Of a DNA stretch of 64,000 nucleotides, positions 1-12,461 are shown piece after piece (position 1 is the first letter of the stretch; every line of letters starts with the position of its first letter). Below the pieces are notes generated by a model. The model did no database searches, was not told the origin of the DNA, and was given only the letters and a program-made list of their open reading frames with translations. The stretch is from Malacoraja senta (Eukaryota): assembly GCA_038087875.1 (NCBI GenBank), contig CM075988.1, positions 25,174,001 to 25,238,000 on the forward strand. Direction: 5' to 3'. Position numbers and translations under genes: made by a program.

Positions 1-900
1 AGTGACCCATACTAATACTGAATGTTTACTGCTTCATACTGTTTTGTCAAATAATAAATGCGTTCTCCCCTCGACAACAACATACTGATTCGATTGTTGA
101 GTAAATGTACTTGCGACACAACCTTTACCCAGTACTCTGCTCCTCCTCCCTCCCCCGTTGAGGCCCCAATAAGTCATGTGGAATGCGCTGGTTGGTAATC
201 TCATCTGTGAACATGATTAAGTGAAAAGTCTTGGCAGAAAAATAATGGATTAAAAAAGACTGGAGCAGGTAGGGTCAATAAATAAATAAAACCGAATTCA
301 TTGCTTACAGAAAGAAAACGATTTCCATCAACTCTTTTTAGAAGTTTAATTTGCCCAGTGTCCAACAAGTTATTAACTGAAGAGAGTAACAAGTTACTAC
401 TTTGTGGTAAATTCGTGAAAATGTCACTTTGCTGAAAGTTGCCAACCACACTGCAAACGTCTGTAAGGCAAATCCTCTGGGCTGTGTTTCGCCCACAGAG
501 TTGGCCTCTCACTCCAGTGCCAGATGACTAATCTACATTTGAGACCCCAGATTTGAGTCTCCGTTGTCTTATTGGGAAATAGTCAAGCCCAGTTCTAGCC
601 GAGCGCTGATACTATTTCCAGTAGTCACTGGCAAAAAGGACAGACAACACGCCAGACTCTTCTGTGGAAAACGCCCGGCTAACGCCTCGTCTCACGGGCA
701 GGTTAGATCCGTTAGAGGGGGGGCAGTACAGTGGTGTAGAGGCAAGAGAAAGTAGTCCTGAATATTCACAGCATTGAATCCAGGATCCATGAATTCCCCT
801 TGCATTCGATCAAACACCAGGGCGGCCACCTCCTCTTAACCCCTCAGATGATGAATCAAGGTTTCTACACGTTGAGTCACATTTGGAAGAAGTACTGAAA

Positions 901-1180
901 GCACGGTGGCGCAGCGGTAGAGTTGCTGCCCAACAGCGCCAGACACCCGGGTTCGATTCTGACTACGGGTGCTGTCTGTACGGAGTTTGTACGTTCTCCC
1001 TGTGACCGCGTGGGTTATCTCCGGGGGCTCTGGTTTCCTCCCACACTCCAAAGTCATGCAGGTTTGTTGGTTAATGTGCTTCAGTAAAAATTGTAAATTG
1101 TCCCTCTAGTGTACGGGGATCGCTGGTCGGCACGGACCCGATGGGCCAAAGGGCCTGTTTCCTCGCTGTGTCTCCAAACT
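901..1180 (+). mobile_element. tRNA-derived V-SINE (HE1-like)
   Basis: Box A-like ggtggcgcagcgg, box B-like ggttcgattc, V-domain gtttgtacgttctccc...ggtttcctcccacactccaaag, tail gggcctgtttcc...tctccaaact. Confidence 0.85.
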
Positions 1181-1453
1181 ACACTAGCATGAGTGTAAAA
1201 CGCCCTCTGGGTGAGAGATCTCAATGCACATCACTATTGATAGGGCCATGACTAGGCTGGACAAATTCTGAAGGACATGTTTGTCCGTCTGACTTTGCAG
1301 TAGGTGGTGAGAGAATCTACGCAAGGACTTTGTCTTAGCCAATTTATCTGTGGCAAATCCATCTGTCCATAAAACCCAAGAGGGAATGACTAATGCACAG
1401 ATCTTGTAAAGACAAAGTCATATATTCTTGCTAAAGACACCCTCAAATATGTT

Positions 1454-2060
1454 GTGTGGTCCGAGAACAATGATGCCATTATTAAGAAAGCACATCAGCG
1501 CCTCTACTTCCTGAGAAGATTACGGAGAGTCGGTTTGTCAAGGAGGACTCTCTCTAACTTCTACAGGTGCACAGTAGAGAGCATGCTGACCGGTTGCATC
1601 GTGGCTTGGTTCGGCAACTTGAGTGCCCTGGAGAGGAAAAGACTACAAAAAGTAGTAAACACTGCCCAGTCCATCATCGGCTCTGACCTTCCTTCCATCG
1701 AGGGGATCTACCACAGTCGCTGGCAGCATCATCAAGGACCCACACCATCCTGGCCACACACTCATCTCCCTACTACCTTCAGGTAGAAGGTACAGGAGCC
1801 TGAAGACGGCAACGACCAGGTTCAGGAACAGCTACTTCCCCACAGCCATCAGGCTATTAAACCTGGCTCGGACATAACACTGAACTTTACTAGCCAATAC
1901 TGTTATTTGCACTTTATCAGTATATTGACCATTGTGTATATATTTATAGAATGCCTTGTAGTAAATGCCTACTATGTTCTGTTGTGCTCAAGCAAAGCAA
2001 GAATTTCATTGTCCTACCAGGGATACATGACAATAAACTCACTTGACTTGACTTGACTTG
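1454..2060 (+). mobile_element. Rex1/Babar-like LINE, 5'-truncated 3' end
   Basis: KKAHQRLYFLRRLRR...FYRCTVESMLTGCIVAWFGN post-RT motif; (cttga)n tail. Confidence 0.75.
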
Positions 2061-3010
2061 ATAGTTGAGCTTAATAGGATAGACTTAGAACAGGTGCGGA
2101 CATTTATCCATGAGACATTGTGGACCATCAGCAACAGAAGAAACGTATACCTGAACGTACAACCTTACCAGCAGCACACACTTCACTCCTGCAGCGACCC
2201 TGGATCAACCCTGCTGCCATGCAAGGTTACAGAGCCCACTTGTTTGGTAACCCATCAACAAAATGCACTGTAGATATTCTGACCATACCTTCCCAATTCA
2301 CAACTTTGACCACCCCAGGATCAAGGGCAGCGATGTATTCCTCTTACCACCCTGACTTGCAAATAGCATGTGTAGGGAGGAACTGCAGATGCTGGTTCAT
2401 CCCGAAGATAGACACACAGCGGGGTCAGGCAGCTTCTCTGGAGACAAGGAGCAGGTGACGTTTTGGGTCGGAACCCTTCTTCAGATTCTTCATATGATGC
2501 TCAGTCTAAATCCTAAACCCCCCCTCCTCCCAATACCTCTGTGAGAACATCTTCACCTGAAGGTCTACACTGCTCACCAGTGGTCCATGAAAATGGCCCC
2601 TGACCATTAACCTAAGACCAATAGGACTGGGCAATAAATGCGGACCCCAAAACTAAAGGTACCGGAAATCCAATCTTCCCTTTCAATACAGAGCCTTCAC
2701 CCGCTGAATAGTGAGCAGGAATTCTCTAACACAAGGCCACTGTCACCAGTGATCCAAAGAGGATTTGTGTTCATATATCACCTTCAATATAATATAAACC
2801 ACCCTGGACACTTCAGCGGGTCATTTAACATGTACTGAGTCTACCAGCAGGCATCTGACTGTTGAATTCTCCTAGCTACAAAGCAGCAGGTCAAACCAAC
2901 AATTAGTTATAGAAGGTTTTACGCAGTCCACTCAGCCTAACTAGACTTCTCTTCTTTTTCCACAGATCGCCGACCATCAGTAGCTTAAGAAAGGCATCTA
3001 ATTCTCTCAT

Positions 3011-3149
3011 TAAGCTCACTGAAGGAGGGCCTCGACCTGAAACGTCACCCATTCCTTCTCTCCAGAGATGCTGCCTGACCCGCTGAGTTACTCCGGTATT
3101 TTGTGTCTATCTTCAGTGTAAACCAGCATCTGCAGTTCCTTCCCATACA
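3011..3149 (+). mobile_element. Penelope-like terminal fragment (others near 2370-2485, 3530-3706, 6575-7032, 20400-20597, 21975-22090, 23940-24055, 33013-33080, 53228-54388, 62335-62395)
   Basis: cagagatgctgcctgacccgctgagttactcc...ccagcatctgcagttccttcc; TSD taatt(c/g)tctcat at 2999-3010 and 3150-3161. Confidence 0.75.
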
Positions 3150-4032
3150 TAATTGTCTCATACCTATTTACACAAATGCACTTTATTGACCTTTCCTGAG
3201 AGCACTTTGATCAGAGGCAACCCACACAGACCAAAAGGTTTTCACTTGCTTTCTTAAAATAGACATAATGGCCTAACTAAGTAAAGACCTTGATGTTGAG
3301 GTGAGGGTCATGTCTCGTACTCAACACTCCAATATCATGACGCCAACTTGCTATTTTATTCTGTTGTTCAATGGATTCCTGCAGCTAATATTAAAATGGA
3401 CTTAAAATAATAGTTCTGGCATTTGGATTATGGGGGGTTTAATACCATTATAAATACATTTCAAAGCTTCTCAAATAATATATATGACAAGGCAGCTCCA
3501 TGAGTAACCCAATAGTCAAAGGTGCAACGTAGACACAAAATGCTGGAGTATCTCAGCGTGTGAGGCAGCATCTATGGAGATCTTTGGTCTCGACCCCAAA
3601 CGTCGCCCATTCCTTCTCTCCATAGATGCTGCCTCACCCGCTGAGTTACTCCAGCATTTTGTGTCCACCTTCCATTTTATCCAGCATCTGCAGTTCTTTC
3701 TTACACAGATAAAGGAGAAAAACTGTACCCACAGAGACAAGGATCGCTTTGGTTTCTATTGAGCAGTTACCACTTGTAGTCAGACAGCAAGAACACTTTA
3801 ATTATTGGGATGAATATAATTTGGCACTGTTTAATTTCTGCAGCAATGTGAATTTACCTGTAAGTTTGTGTTATGCGGGCTGCTGCACCAAGGAGCAAAG
3901 GCTTGAGCCTGTGCTTCAGGGGAGCAAAGGGTGGGAAGGCAAGGAGAAAGTTAAAGTGAAGATTTAAAAATGCTGTCATATTAGAAAATGAACTGGTGGC
4001 AATGCAGAAGTTGCAGCAAAGGCAAGGAGTTT

Positions 4033-4232
4033 NNNNNNNNNNNNNNNNNNNNNNNNNNNNNNNNNNNNNNNNNNNNNNNNNNNNNNNNNNNNNNNNNNNN
4101 NNNNNNNNNNNNNNNNNNNNNNNNNNNNNNNNNNNNNNNNNNNNNNNNNNNNNNNNNNNNNNNNNNNNNNNNNNNNNNNNNNNNNNNNNNNNNNNNNNNN
4201 NNNNNNNNNNNNNNNNNNNNNNNNNNNNNNNN
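4033..4232. other. Assembly gap (200 N)
   Basis: Run of N. Confidence 1.
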
Positions 4233-5000
4233 TACCTGAATGGTGGCCGAGTAGGAAAAGGGGAGATGCAACGAGAGCTGGGTGTCATGGTACACCAGTC
4301 ATTGAAAGTGGGCATGCAGGTGCAGCAGGCAGTGAAGAAAGCGAATGGTATGTTAGCATTCATAGCAAAAGGATTTGAGTATAGGAGCAGGGTGGTTCTA
4401 CTGCAGTTGTACAGGGTGTTGGTGAGACCACACCTGGAGTATTGCGTACAGTTTTGGTCTCCTAATCTGAGGAAGGACATTCTTGCCATAGAGGGAGTAC
4501 AGAGAAGGTTCACCAGACTGATTCCTGGGATGTCAGGACTTTCATATGAGGAAAGACTGGATAGACTCGGGCTTGTACTCGCTGGAATTTAGAAGATTGA
4601 GGGGGGATCTTATAGAAACTTACAAAATTCTTAAGGGATTGGGCAGGCTAGATTGGGGTTGGCAGGAAGATTGTTCCCGATGTTGGGGAAGTCCAGAACA
4701 AGGGGTCACAGTTTAAGGATAAGGGGAAATCTTTTAGGACTGAGATGAGAAAAAACATTTTTTACACAGAGAGTGGTGAATCTGATGGAATCCTCTGCAC
4801 AGAAGGTAGTTGAGGCCAGTTCATTGGCTATATTTAAGAGGGAGTTAGATGTGGTCCTTGTGGCTAAAGGGATCAGGGGGTATGGAGAGAAGGCAGGTAC
4901 AGGATACTGAGTTGGATGATCAGCCATGATCATATTGAATGGCGGTGCAGGCTCGAAGGGCCGAAATGCCTACTCCTGCACCTATTTTCTATGTTTCTAT
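4233..5000 (+). mobile_element. CR1 LINE 3' fragment abutting the gap
   Basis: RT C-terminus [15 protein letters not shown]; (ttctatgt)n tail. Confidence 0.9.
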
Positions 5001-5093
5001 TATCTCACTCACTCAAACATTTGTGGGATTGAAATTTCAAAGAAGTTTAGCGTTCCACACTGGCCATCAAAGGTTGACTGAGTCGTATTGAAT
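4999..5093 (+). repeat. 95-bp local direct repeat, copy 1 (copy 2 at 6833-6927)
   Basis: 4 mismatches in 95 nt by eye. Confidence 0.9.
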
Positions 5094-5583
5094 AGTCTGG
5101 TAAACACGGAGATATTGAGCGTTTACCCCCAATGTGTTTCTAGCTGGGTTTTCATCTTTCCAATTTCACATCCCTCTGAGAAAGCAACTGTGTTCATTCT
5201 GTGGCATGACCCCGATATCGCCACTACATCCAGTGTGACCATGGCTGACCTGGCCCAGTCCTCACCCCTTTCTCAGTCCCACCATAGATCTTTGATTCCC
5301 TCATCTTTTAAAAATGTATCAGCTTCCTCTGTAAATATCCTCAATGATCTGACATCACCACTGCATTGAGCTCGATTGTAATCATGGAATTGTCGTTCCG
5401 CTGACTGGTTAGCACACAAAAGCTTTTCACTGAACTGAACATACAAATGCACCCATTCCCATTCCCACTCCCAGCACCAGTGACAAAGAATCAAGGCAGG
5501 GAACAACTTTCAGCCACTTTCAACAACTCCCACTGGTGACAGACCCTAGTTTAATATCTTATGGCCCAGAGTTTCGATGATGC

Positions 5584-6055
5584 CAAGTCAAGTCAAGTCA
5601 AGTCAGGTTTATTCATCACATACACATACGAGACGTGCAGTGAAATGAAAAGTGGCAATGCCTGCGGATTGTGCAAAAAAACTACAAAACAGAATGGAAC
5701 AGAATCAGTAATTACATATTTGTGGAAGGGAAAAAAAGAAAAAACAGCAATTTTAAAAATACACCACACAGTAACTTGGTTCAGTAAAGTTAGTCCCTGG
5801 TGAGATAGGAGTTTACAGACCTAATGGCCTCTGGGAAGAAACTCCTTCTCATCCTCTCCGTTTTCACAGCCTGGCAACGGAGGCGTTTGCTTGACCGTAG
5901 CAGCTGGAACAGTCCATTGCAGGGGTGGAAGGGGTCTCCCTTGATCTTGTTGGCTCTGGAACTGCACCTTCTGATGTATAGTTCCTGCAGGGGGGCGAGT
6001 GTAGTTCCCATAGTGCGTTCGGCCGAACGCACTACTCTCTGCAGAGCCTTCTTGC
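5584..6055 (-). mobile_element. Rex1/Babar-like LINE 3' fragment
   Basis: RSAERTMG...RMRRSFFPEAIR; (caagt)n tail on the plus strand. Confidence 0.7.
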
Positions 6056-6640
6056 CAGATTGGAAGTATAAGGTCTGTTCCTAAATACAACTGTCACACA
6101 TCCGCTCACACAATCTTGCTTCTACGTACATGACTCACTTGTGCCTGGAAGCCACTGTGCACACTGCAGAGATGTTCATTGGCAGGCAGTGCATGTTTGA
6201 CATTGCTGCAGCAATTAAACACATATGTGCGCTTCAGAAACTACAGGCCACTTGCATGGAGAGCAGGTTTATTACAGTATTCGTGCTTGAGAACAAGTGG
6301 AAGGTTCCCTCCTTTCCAAACTACTGACTGGCAACATGTGTGATGCACCATGTCTTTGATGATTAAAGAAGGCCCTTCTGGATCACTAATCCAGAAAGAT
6401 AGGTTCTCGATTAGCACTGGTGTCAAAGGTTGTGGGGAGGAGAATGGGATTGAGAGGGAAAAATAGAATGTTGGAGCAGACTCAATCGGCCAAACAACTT
6501 GTGTCGCATGACCTTATATCTTGCATCTCCACCAAGATGTCCATCTAAAGTGAATTCCTCTGTTGATAAAGCTGGGATAGACACAAAATGCTGGAGGAAC
6601 TCAGTGGGACAGGCAGCAAATCTGTAGAGGAGGAATGGAT

Positions 6641-6668
6641 GATGTTTCAGGTCAAGACCCTTCTTCAG
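6641..6668 (-). ncRNA. Minimal hammerhead motif (AUC variant)
   Basis: Minus strand CTGAAGA-A-GGGTCTTGACCT-GAAAC-ATC. Confidence 0.5.
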
Positions 6669-7611
6669 TCTGAACCTGGGTTTCTGGAGCTGTAAGGCAG
6701 CAACTCTACCGCTGCGCCACCATGCCGCCCACATGCTGATCTCAGCTGGCATTTAAGCTTCAACTCTATGGAATCCTCACCCACTTCAAGGATTTCATGG
6801 TCTCATGTCCAGTTTGATATTTGGGTGGTTCCATTATCTCATTCACTCAAACATTTGTGGGATTAAAATTTCAAAGAAGTTTAGCGTTCCACACTGGCTA
6901 TCAAAGGTTGACTGAGTTGTATTGAATCCACCCATTCCTTCTCTCCCAGAGATGCTGCCTGTCCCGCTGAGTTCCTCCAGCATTTTGTGTCTTATCTTCA
7001 GTGTAAACCAACATCTGCAGTTCCTTCCCACATGATAAATCTGGAGTGTGGTCATAAGAAAGAACTCTAATTTGCATTTATTTCTGGTACAACTCATGAG
7101 TGCGTATAGTCCCAGTCCATTCATTCCCATCATCAATGCCTGCAATACTTGGCTGGATCCAACAGTGTTGGAAGCCCTCTGTAATATCTCAGCCATTTCA
7201 TCTCTGAACCAAACATCCCACCTTTGTAATGTTCCACTCTCTGGCAGACTAATAATTCGTTTAAAAGCTCACATGACAATATCATTGCCATAATTTTACT
7301 TTTAATTTCCCTCTTTGAAAAGTGGACTAAACATGCGGAATGCCCAAGATCATTAAGTGTTAATTAATATCACCGGCCTTCAAACCAGTTAATTACCATG
7401 TTCTTGCACTGTTGATTCATCATCAACACCTTGAGAAATTAAGTAACTGTTTAAAATTTTAAATACATAGCAGTGTTGGAATCGTGACTTGGCTCCACAT
7501 AAACACATGCTTTAGAAGTTTCATTTAAAAAAAAGCTCTTATAATAAACTCCTGAGCCAATCTCCCCAAAACTTCCTGTCTAATACACAGTCAAGGTACT
7601 CAAAGAGTTAA

Positions 7612-7929
7612 ACCCCTGTCCCACGGTACGAGTTCATTCCAAGAGCTCTCCCGAGTTTGCCCTGATTCAAACTCGGAGATTTACGGTAAAGGCCGCTCGT
7701 CGGTACTCGGGGCTCTCGTGGACATTTTTCAACATGTTGAAAAATCTTCACGAGTCTTCCCGTGCTTACCTGCCGTTAGCGAGTCTTCCCGAGTACCTGC
7801 CATTAGCGCTAAGAGGCGTCCCCGAGCTCCAACGTACCCGCTACGTACATTCTCCGTGCTTACCACGAGTTTGATTTTTTTTAAACTCGGGAGAGCTCTT
7901 GGAATGAACTCGCACCGTGGGACAGGGCT
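7612..7929. mobile_element. MITE family A (about 47 bp TIRs)
   Basis: TIR (a)gccctgtcccacggtacgagttcattccaagagctctcccgagttt and its reverse complement; TTA/TAA-rich flanks. Confidence 0.9.
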
Positions 7930-8767
7930 ATAATGCAATGGTTTAGAGCAAATGACTCTCTATCCTTTGGGACCTGATTACTTGCCTTTTCAAATTGTCC
8001 AAATCATATCAGTTCAACAAAATCTAGATGAAAAACAATTGTTGATGCTGGAAATCTGAAGTTAAGGTGGAATATTCTGACACTGTTCATCAGGCCATGC
8101 AGCACCTGTGGAGCAGGAAGCCAGACGAGTGTCGTAGCTCAAGTTTATTTTACCAGAAATGGGAAATAAAGCTTTCAATTGCAGAGAGAACAAAAATAAA
8201 AATATATGTTAGGCGGGAAAACATACACTGCATGTATCTGTACACTGTGGACGGCTCGATTGTAATCATGTATTGTCTTTCCGCTGACTGGATAGCACGC
8301 AACAAAAGCTTTTCACCGTACCTCGGTACACGTGACAATAAACTAAACTGAACTGGGAACAAAAGCGACCAAATGACAAAAGTAGCCATGAAGAAAGAAT
8401 AAGAATTAAAATAGCAGCTGACCAAGGAGCGAACGAGATCCAGGAATGTAAATAAATGCATTACGAAAGTGTTGAGCAGCGATGGGATTTAGTTTGGTCA
8501 AATCCTCTGGACTCTGACGGTCTGCATCCCCAGATTCGACAAGAAATGGGGCTGCCCAGATATTGGATGTATTAATTGGCTGTGATCTTCTATCAGCCAC
8601 TTAACATGAGACAGGCCCCAGCAGATGAGAAAACTACAAGTATAACGAGATAATGAAGAGAATGGTAACAGAGCAGTAAATAGAGGAGACGTCATTTGAT
8701 GAGAAAGGGGTCAGGCCTGACAAATGGATGTAGACTTGTGATGTACAACATAACCCCAGGCAAGATC

Positions 8768-9352
8768 CAAGGTAGATACAAATGCTGGAGAAACTCAGCG
8801 GGTGAGGCAGCATCGATGGAGCAAATGAATAGGTGATGTTTCGGGTCGAGACCCTTCCGAAGGAAGGGTCTCAACCCGAAACGTCACCTATTCCTTCGGG
8901 AAGGGTCTCAACCCGAAACGTCACCTATTCCTTCGGGAAGGGTCTCGACCCGAAACGTCACCTATTCCTTCGGGAAGGGTCTCAACCCGAAACGTCACCT
9001 ATTCCTTCGGGAAGGGTCTCGACCCGAAACGTCACCTATTCCTTCGGGAAGGGTCTCAACCCGAAACGTCACCTATTCCTTCGGGAAGGGTCTCAACCCG
9101 AAACGTCACCTATTCCTTCGGGAAGAGTCTCAACCCGAAACATCACCTATTCCTTCGGGAAGGGTCTCAACCCGAAACGTCACCTATTCCTTCGGGAAGG
9201 GTCTCGACCCGAAACGTCACCTATTCCTTCGGGAAGGGTCTCGACCCAAAACGTCACCTATTCCTTCGCTCCATAGATGCTGCCTCACCCGCTGAGTTTC
9301 TCCAGCATTTGTATCTACCTTCGATTTTTCCAGCATCTGCAGTTCCTTCTTA
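8768..9352. mobile_element. Palindromic Penelope-like terminal element with internal tandem array
   Basis: Inverted arms; 16-bp TSD aaccccaggc(a/t)agatc at 8752-8767 and 9353-9368. Confidence 0.85.
8866..9268 (+). repeat. Tandem array, 11 x 37 bp (last copy partial)
   Basis: Unit gggtctc(a/g)acccgaaacgtcacctattccttcgggaa starts every 37 nt from 8866 to 9236. Confidence 0.95.
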
Positions 9353-9499
9353 AACCCCAGGCTAGATCTAGATTGTTTTTAGTCATGTATTATCTTTCTG
9401 CTGACTGGATAGAATACAACAAAAAAGGTTTTGACTGTACCCCGGTTCAATAGCGACAGCATCCAAAGATGCCAAGGCAAGGTTTCTGGGGAATGATAG

Positions 9500-10060
9500 G
9501 CAATAGGTGCAGGAGTAGGCCATTTGGCCCTTCAAGCCAGCACCGCCATTCGATGTGATCATGGCTGATCATCCCCAATCAGTACCCCGTTCCTGCCTTC
9601 TCCCCTTATCCCCTGACTCAGTTATTTTTAAGAGCCCTATCTTGCTCTCTCTTGAAAGCATCCAGAGAACCCGCCTCCACCGCCCTCTGAGGCAGAGAAT
9701 TCCACAGACTCACCACTCTCTGTGAGAAAAAGTGTTTCATCGTCTCCGTTCTAAATGGCTTACTCCTTATTCTTAAACTGTGGCCCCTGGTTCTGGACTC
9801 CCCCAACATCGGGAACATGTTTCCTGCCTCTAGTGTGTCCAAACCCTTAACAACCTTATATGTTTCAATGAGATGCCCTCTCATCCTTCTAAACTCCAGA
9901 GTGTACAAGCCCAGCTGCTCCATTCTCTCAGCATATGACAGTCCCGCCATCCCGGGAATTAACCTTGTAAACCTACGCTGCACTCCCTCAATAGCAAGAA
10001 TGTCCTTCCTCAAATTAGGGGACCAAAACTGCACACAATACTCCAGCTGTGGTCTCACTA
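9500..10060 (-). mobile_element. CR1 LINE 3' fragment
   Basis: [13 protein letters not shown]...RTRGHSLRI...QRVVSLWNSLP. Confidence 0.9.
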
Positions 10061-10084
10061 TGATGGTGACTGACCCATGGTGAT

Positions 10085-10352
10085 TTGGCCCACCAAATCC
10101 GTGTCGACCAGCGATCCCTGGACACTAACACTATCCTACACTCGGGACAATTTACAATTTTACAGAAGCCAATTAACCTACAAACCCGCACGTCTTTGAG
10201 ATGTTGGTGGATATCGGAGCACCTGGAGAAAACCCACGCGGTCCACAAGGAGAACGTACACATTCTGTACAGACAGCACCTGTAGTCAGGATTGAACACG
10301 GGTCTCTGCCACCATAAGGCAGCAACTCTACCGCTGCGCCACCATGCCGCCC
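10085..10352 (-). mobile_element. V-SINE (HE1-like)
   Basis: Reverse complement of the same SINE consensus. Confidence 0.8.
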
Positions 10353-10699
10353 AAATACAAATGGGACAACTTGCTCATTGGCCTTCTGATCAAGTATCTT
10401 GTGAGCTGGATTGCAGCTATTCTCTGTGGATATTTGTTGACCCAGTCTGCAGAAGCCCCTGGATAATCAGTTACGCTAACCTGTGTGGAGCATCGGAGTT
10501 TGAGTCTGTGCAGTTGCCCACACAAAGATCCACAACACAACATGGCATTCAAAACATTAGAATTGGTGCACATTTGTAATAAATAGAGAAAGTGGAAGAG
10601 ATACTAGACAGGGCAGATAGCATCTGCAATGAGAATCACAGAGCTAATGTTTCTGGTCAAGAATACTTCATCTGAACCCACCTTAAGGTCATTGGCCCA

Positions 10700-11014
10700 G
10701 TGTGTGTGTGTGTTCGTGTGTGTGTGCGTGTGTGCGTGCGTGCGTGCGTGCGTGCGTGCGTGTGTGTGTGTGTATGTGTATGTATGTGTGCGTGCATGTG
10801 CGTGCGTGTGTGTTCATGTGTGCATGTGTGTGTGTGTGGGTTTGCGCGTGTGTGCGTGCGTGTGTGTTCGTGTGTGTGTTCGTGTGCGCGCGCGCTGCGT
10901 GTGCGTGTGCGTGTGTGTGTGGGTGTGTGGGTTTGCGCGTGTGTGCGTGCGTGTGTTCGTGTGTGTGTTCGTATGCATGCGTGTGTGCCTGTGTGTGTGC
11001 GTGCTGCATGTGCT

Positions 11015-11061
<47 letters not shown>

Positions 11062-11157
11062 GCATGTGTGCATGTGTGCGTGTGTGTGTGTGCGTGTGCA
11101 TGTGTGTGTGTGCGTGCGCGTATGTGCCTGTGCATGTGCGTGTGCGTGTGTGCGTGC
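10700..11157. repeat. Compound (GT)n/(GC)n/(GTGC)n microsatellite
   Basis: About 460 bp of mostly alternating purine-pyrimidine sequence. Confidence 0.97.
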
Positions 11158-11974
11158 CTAGCTGACCAACCTACAAATTTCCAATCTTATGAACCAGGTG
11201 AAACGGAGCTGATGAAGAGATGGGTTTTTAAAGTGACAAGAAATTATCTAACTGCTTAATTGGGACTTTATTCACTCAACTATGAAATGAATGATCTGTG
11301 ATGGCAAAATATGACTGAATGGAGAAAACAAAGATATAACATAGAACAGGCCCTTCAGTTCATGATGTTTTTGCCGAACATGATGCTGAATTAATCTAAT
11401 CACTTCTGCCAGCATGTGATCCATATGCGTCTGTTTATTTAAGCGGCTATCTAAAAAGCTTCTTGAATGCCATTACCATATCAGTTTCCACCACCACCCA
11501 TGCAGTATGTTCCAGCACCCACCACTTTCTATGTAAAAAAAACTTGTCCCACACATCTCCTTAAATGTTTCCCTCCCGACCATAAGCTAGGCCCGTTACT
11601 ATTTGACTGAAGTCTTAAACTAAGGAATAAACACAAGGCTTATTCCTCACAATGCTTCTCATTATGTTACGTCGGAAATGTGCCAGATGAATTCTTAACG
11701 TCAACGTCTAGCTTTGTGTAGAATGTCTAACATCCACACTGACAACGCCCTAGAATTTTGACCATGCTGAATGATTTAGCGACAAGTCTGTGGGCAGAAC
11801 AACCTGCGAATGTTTGCCACTCACTGTGAATTCACACTGAAGGAAGGACATTGGAGACATTAGTTTGTGGAAACGGAGGAAGTGAAACGCAGAAAGCCCT
11901 GTGCAAGATTGCACCCATTCAGGGCATTTCTCTACTGTGCAGAACTAGTCTTTGGGCAAGTCTAATGGCAAGGG

Positions 11975-12440
11975 GAAGGATTCAGTAGATGTCAGAAACA
12001 TTAGGACCATGTTGTGGGATCTGGGAGTACATGGCCATAACTCCCTGAAGATGACAACACAAGTGGACAGGGTGGTAAAGAAGCTATACGGCTTCTCTTA
12101 CCTTCTAGAGGTGTTTCAAATCATAAGAGGAATAGATCAGGTAGATTAGATGCGTAGAGTCTTCAGCTTAGAGTACCGGAATTGAGAATCAGAGGACATG
12201 GGTTTAAGGTGAAGTGGGAAAGATCTAATAGGAATCTGAGGGATAAGTTTTTCACACAAAGGGTGGTGGGTGTATGGAACGAGCTGCTCGTGGAGGTAGT
12301 TGAGGCAGTAACCATTGGAATGTTAAGAAACAATTAGACAGGTACATGGATAGGACAGGTTTAGAGGGATATGGGCCACACGCAGGCAGGTGCAGATCGG
12401 ACATGATGGTCGGTGTTGGCAAGTTATGCCAAAGTTGGGG
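11975..12440 (+). mobile_element. Degraded CR1 3' fragment of a second subfamily (related pieces at 16135-16365, 25550-25920, 61950-62325)
   Basis: DLGV..HNSLK..TQVDRVVKK remnant; aagggtggtgggtgtatggaacgagctgc. Confidence 0.7.
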
Positions 12441-12461
12441 CCACCTTTCAAAATGACTTAT

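Noticed and set aside
901..975. tRNA gene (also at 60348 and other SINE heads)
   Set aside because: The box A/B motifs belong to SINE heads followed by the V-domain and tail; I see no complete cloverleaf.
3854..4592. ORFs spanning the N run
   Set aside because: They are artefacts of the gap joined to CR1 sequence.
8866..9268. CRISPR-like array of 37-bp repeats
   Set aside because: The units are head-to-tail with no unique spacers, there are no cas genes, the context is eukaryotic, and the unit derives from the surrounding Penelope-like repeat.
8833..9276. 147-aa repetitive ORF
   Set aside because: It is a by-product of a stop-free 37-bp tandem repeat read through three frames.
10629..11259. 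Cys/Val- and His/Thr-rich ORFs
   Set aside because: These are translations of the GT microsatellite.
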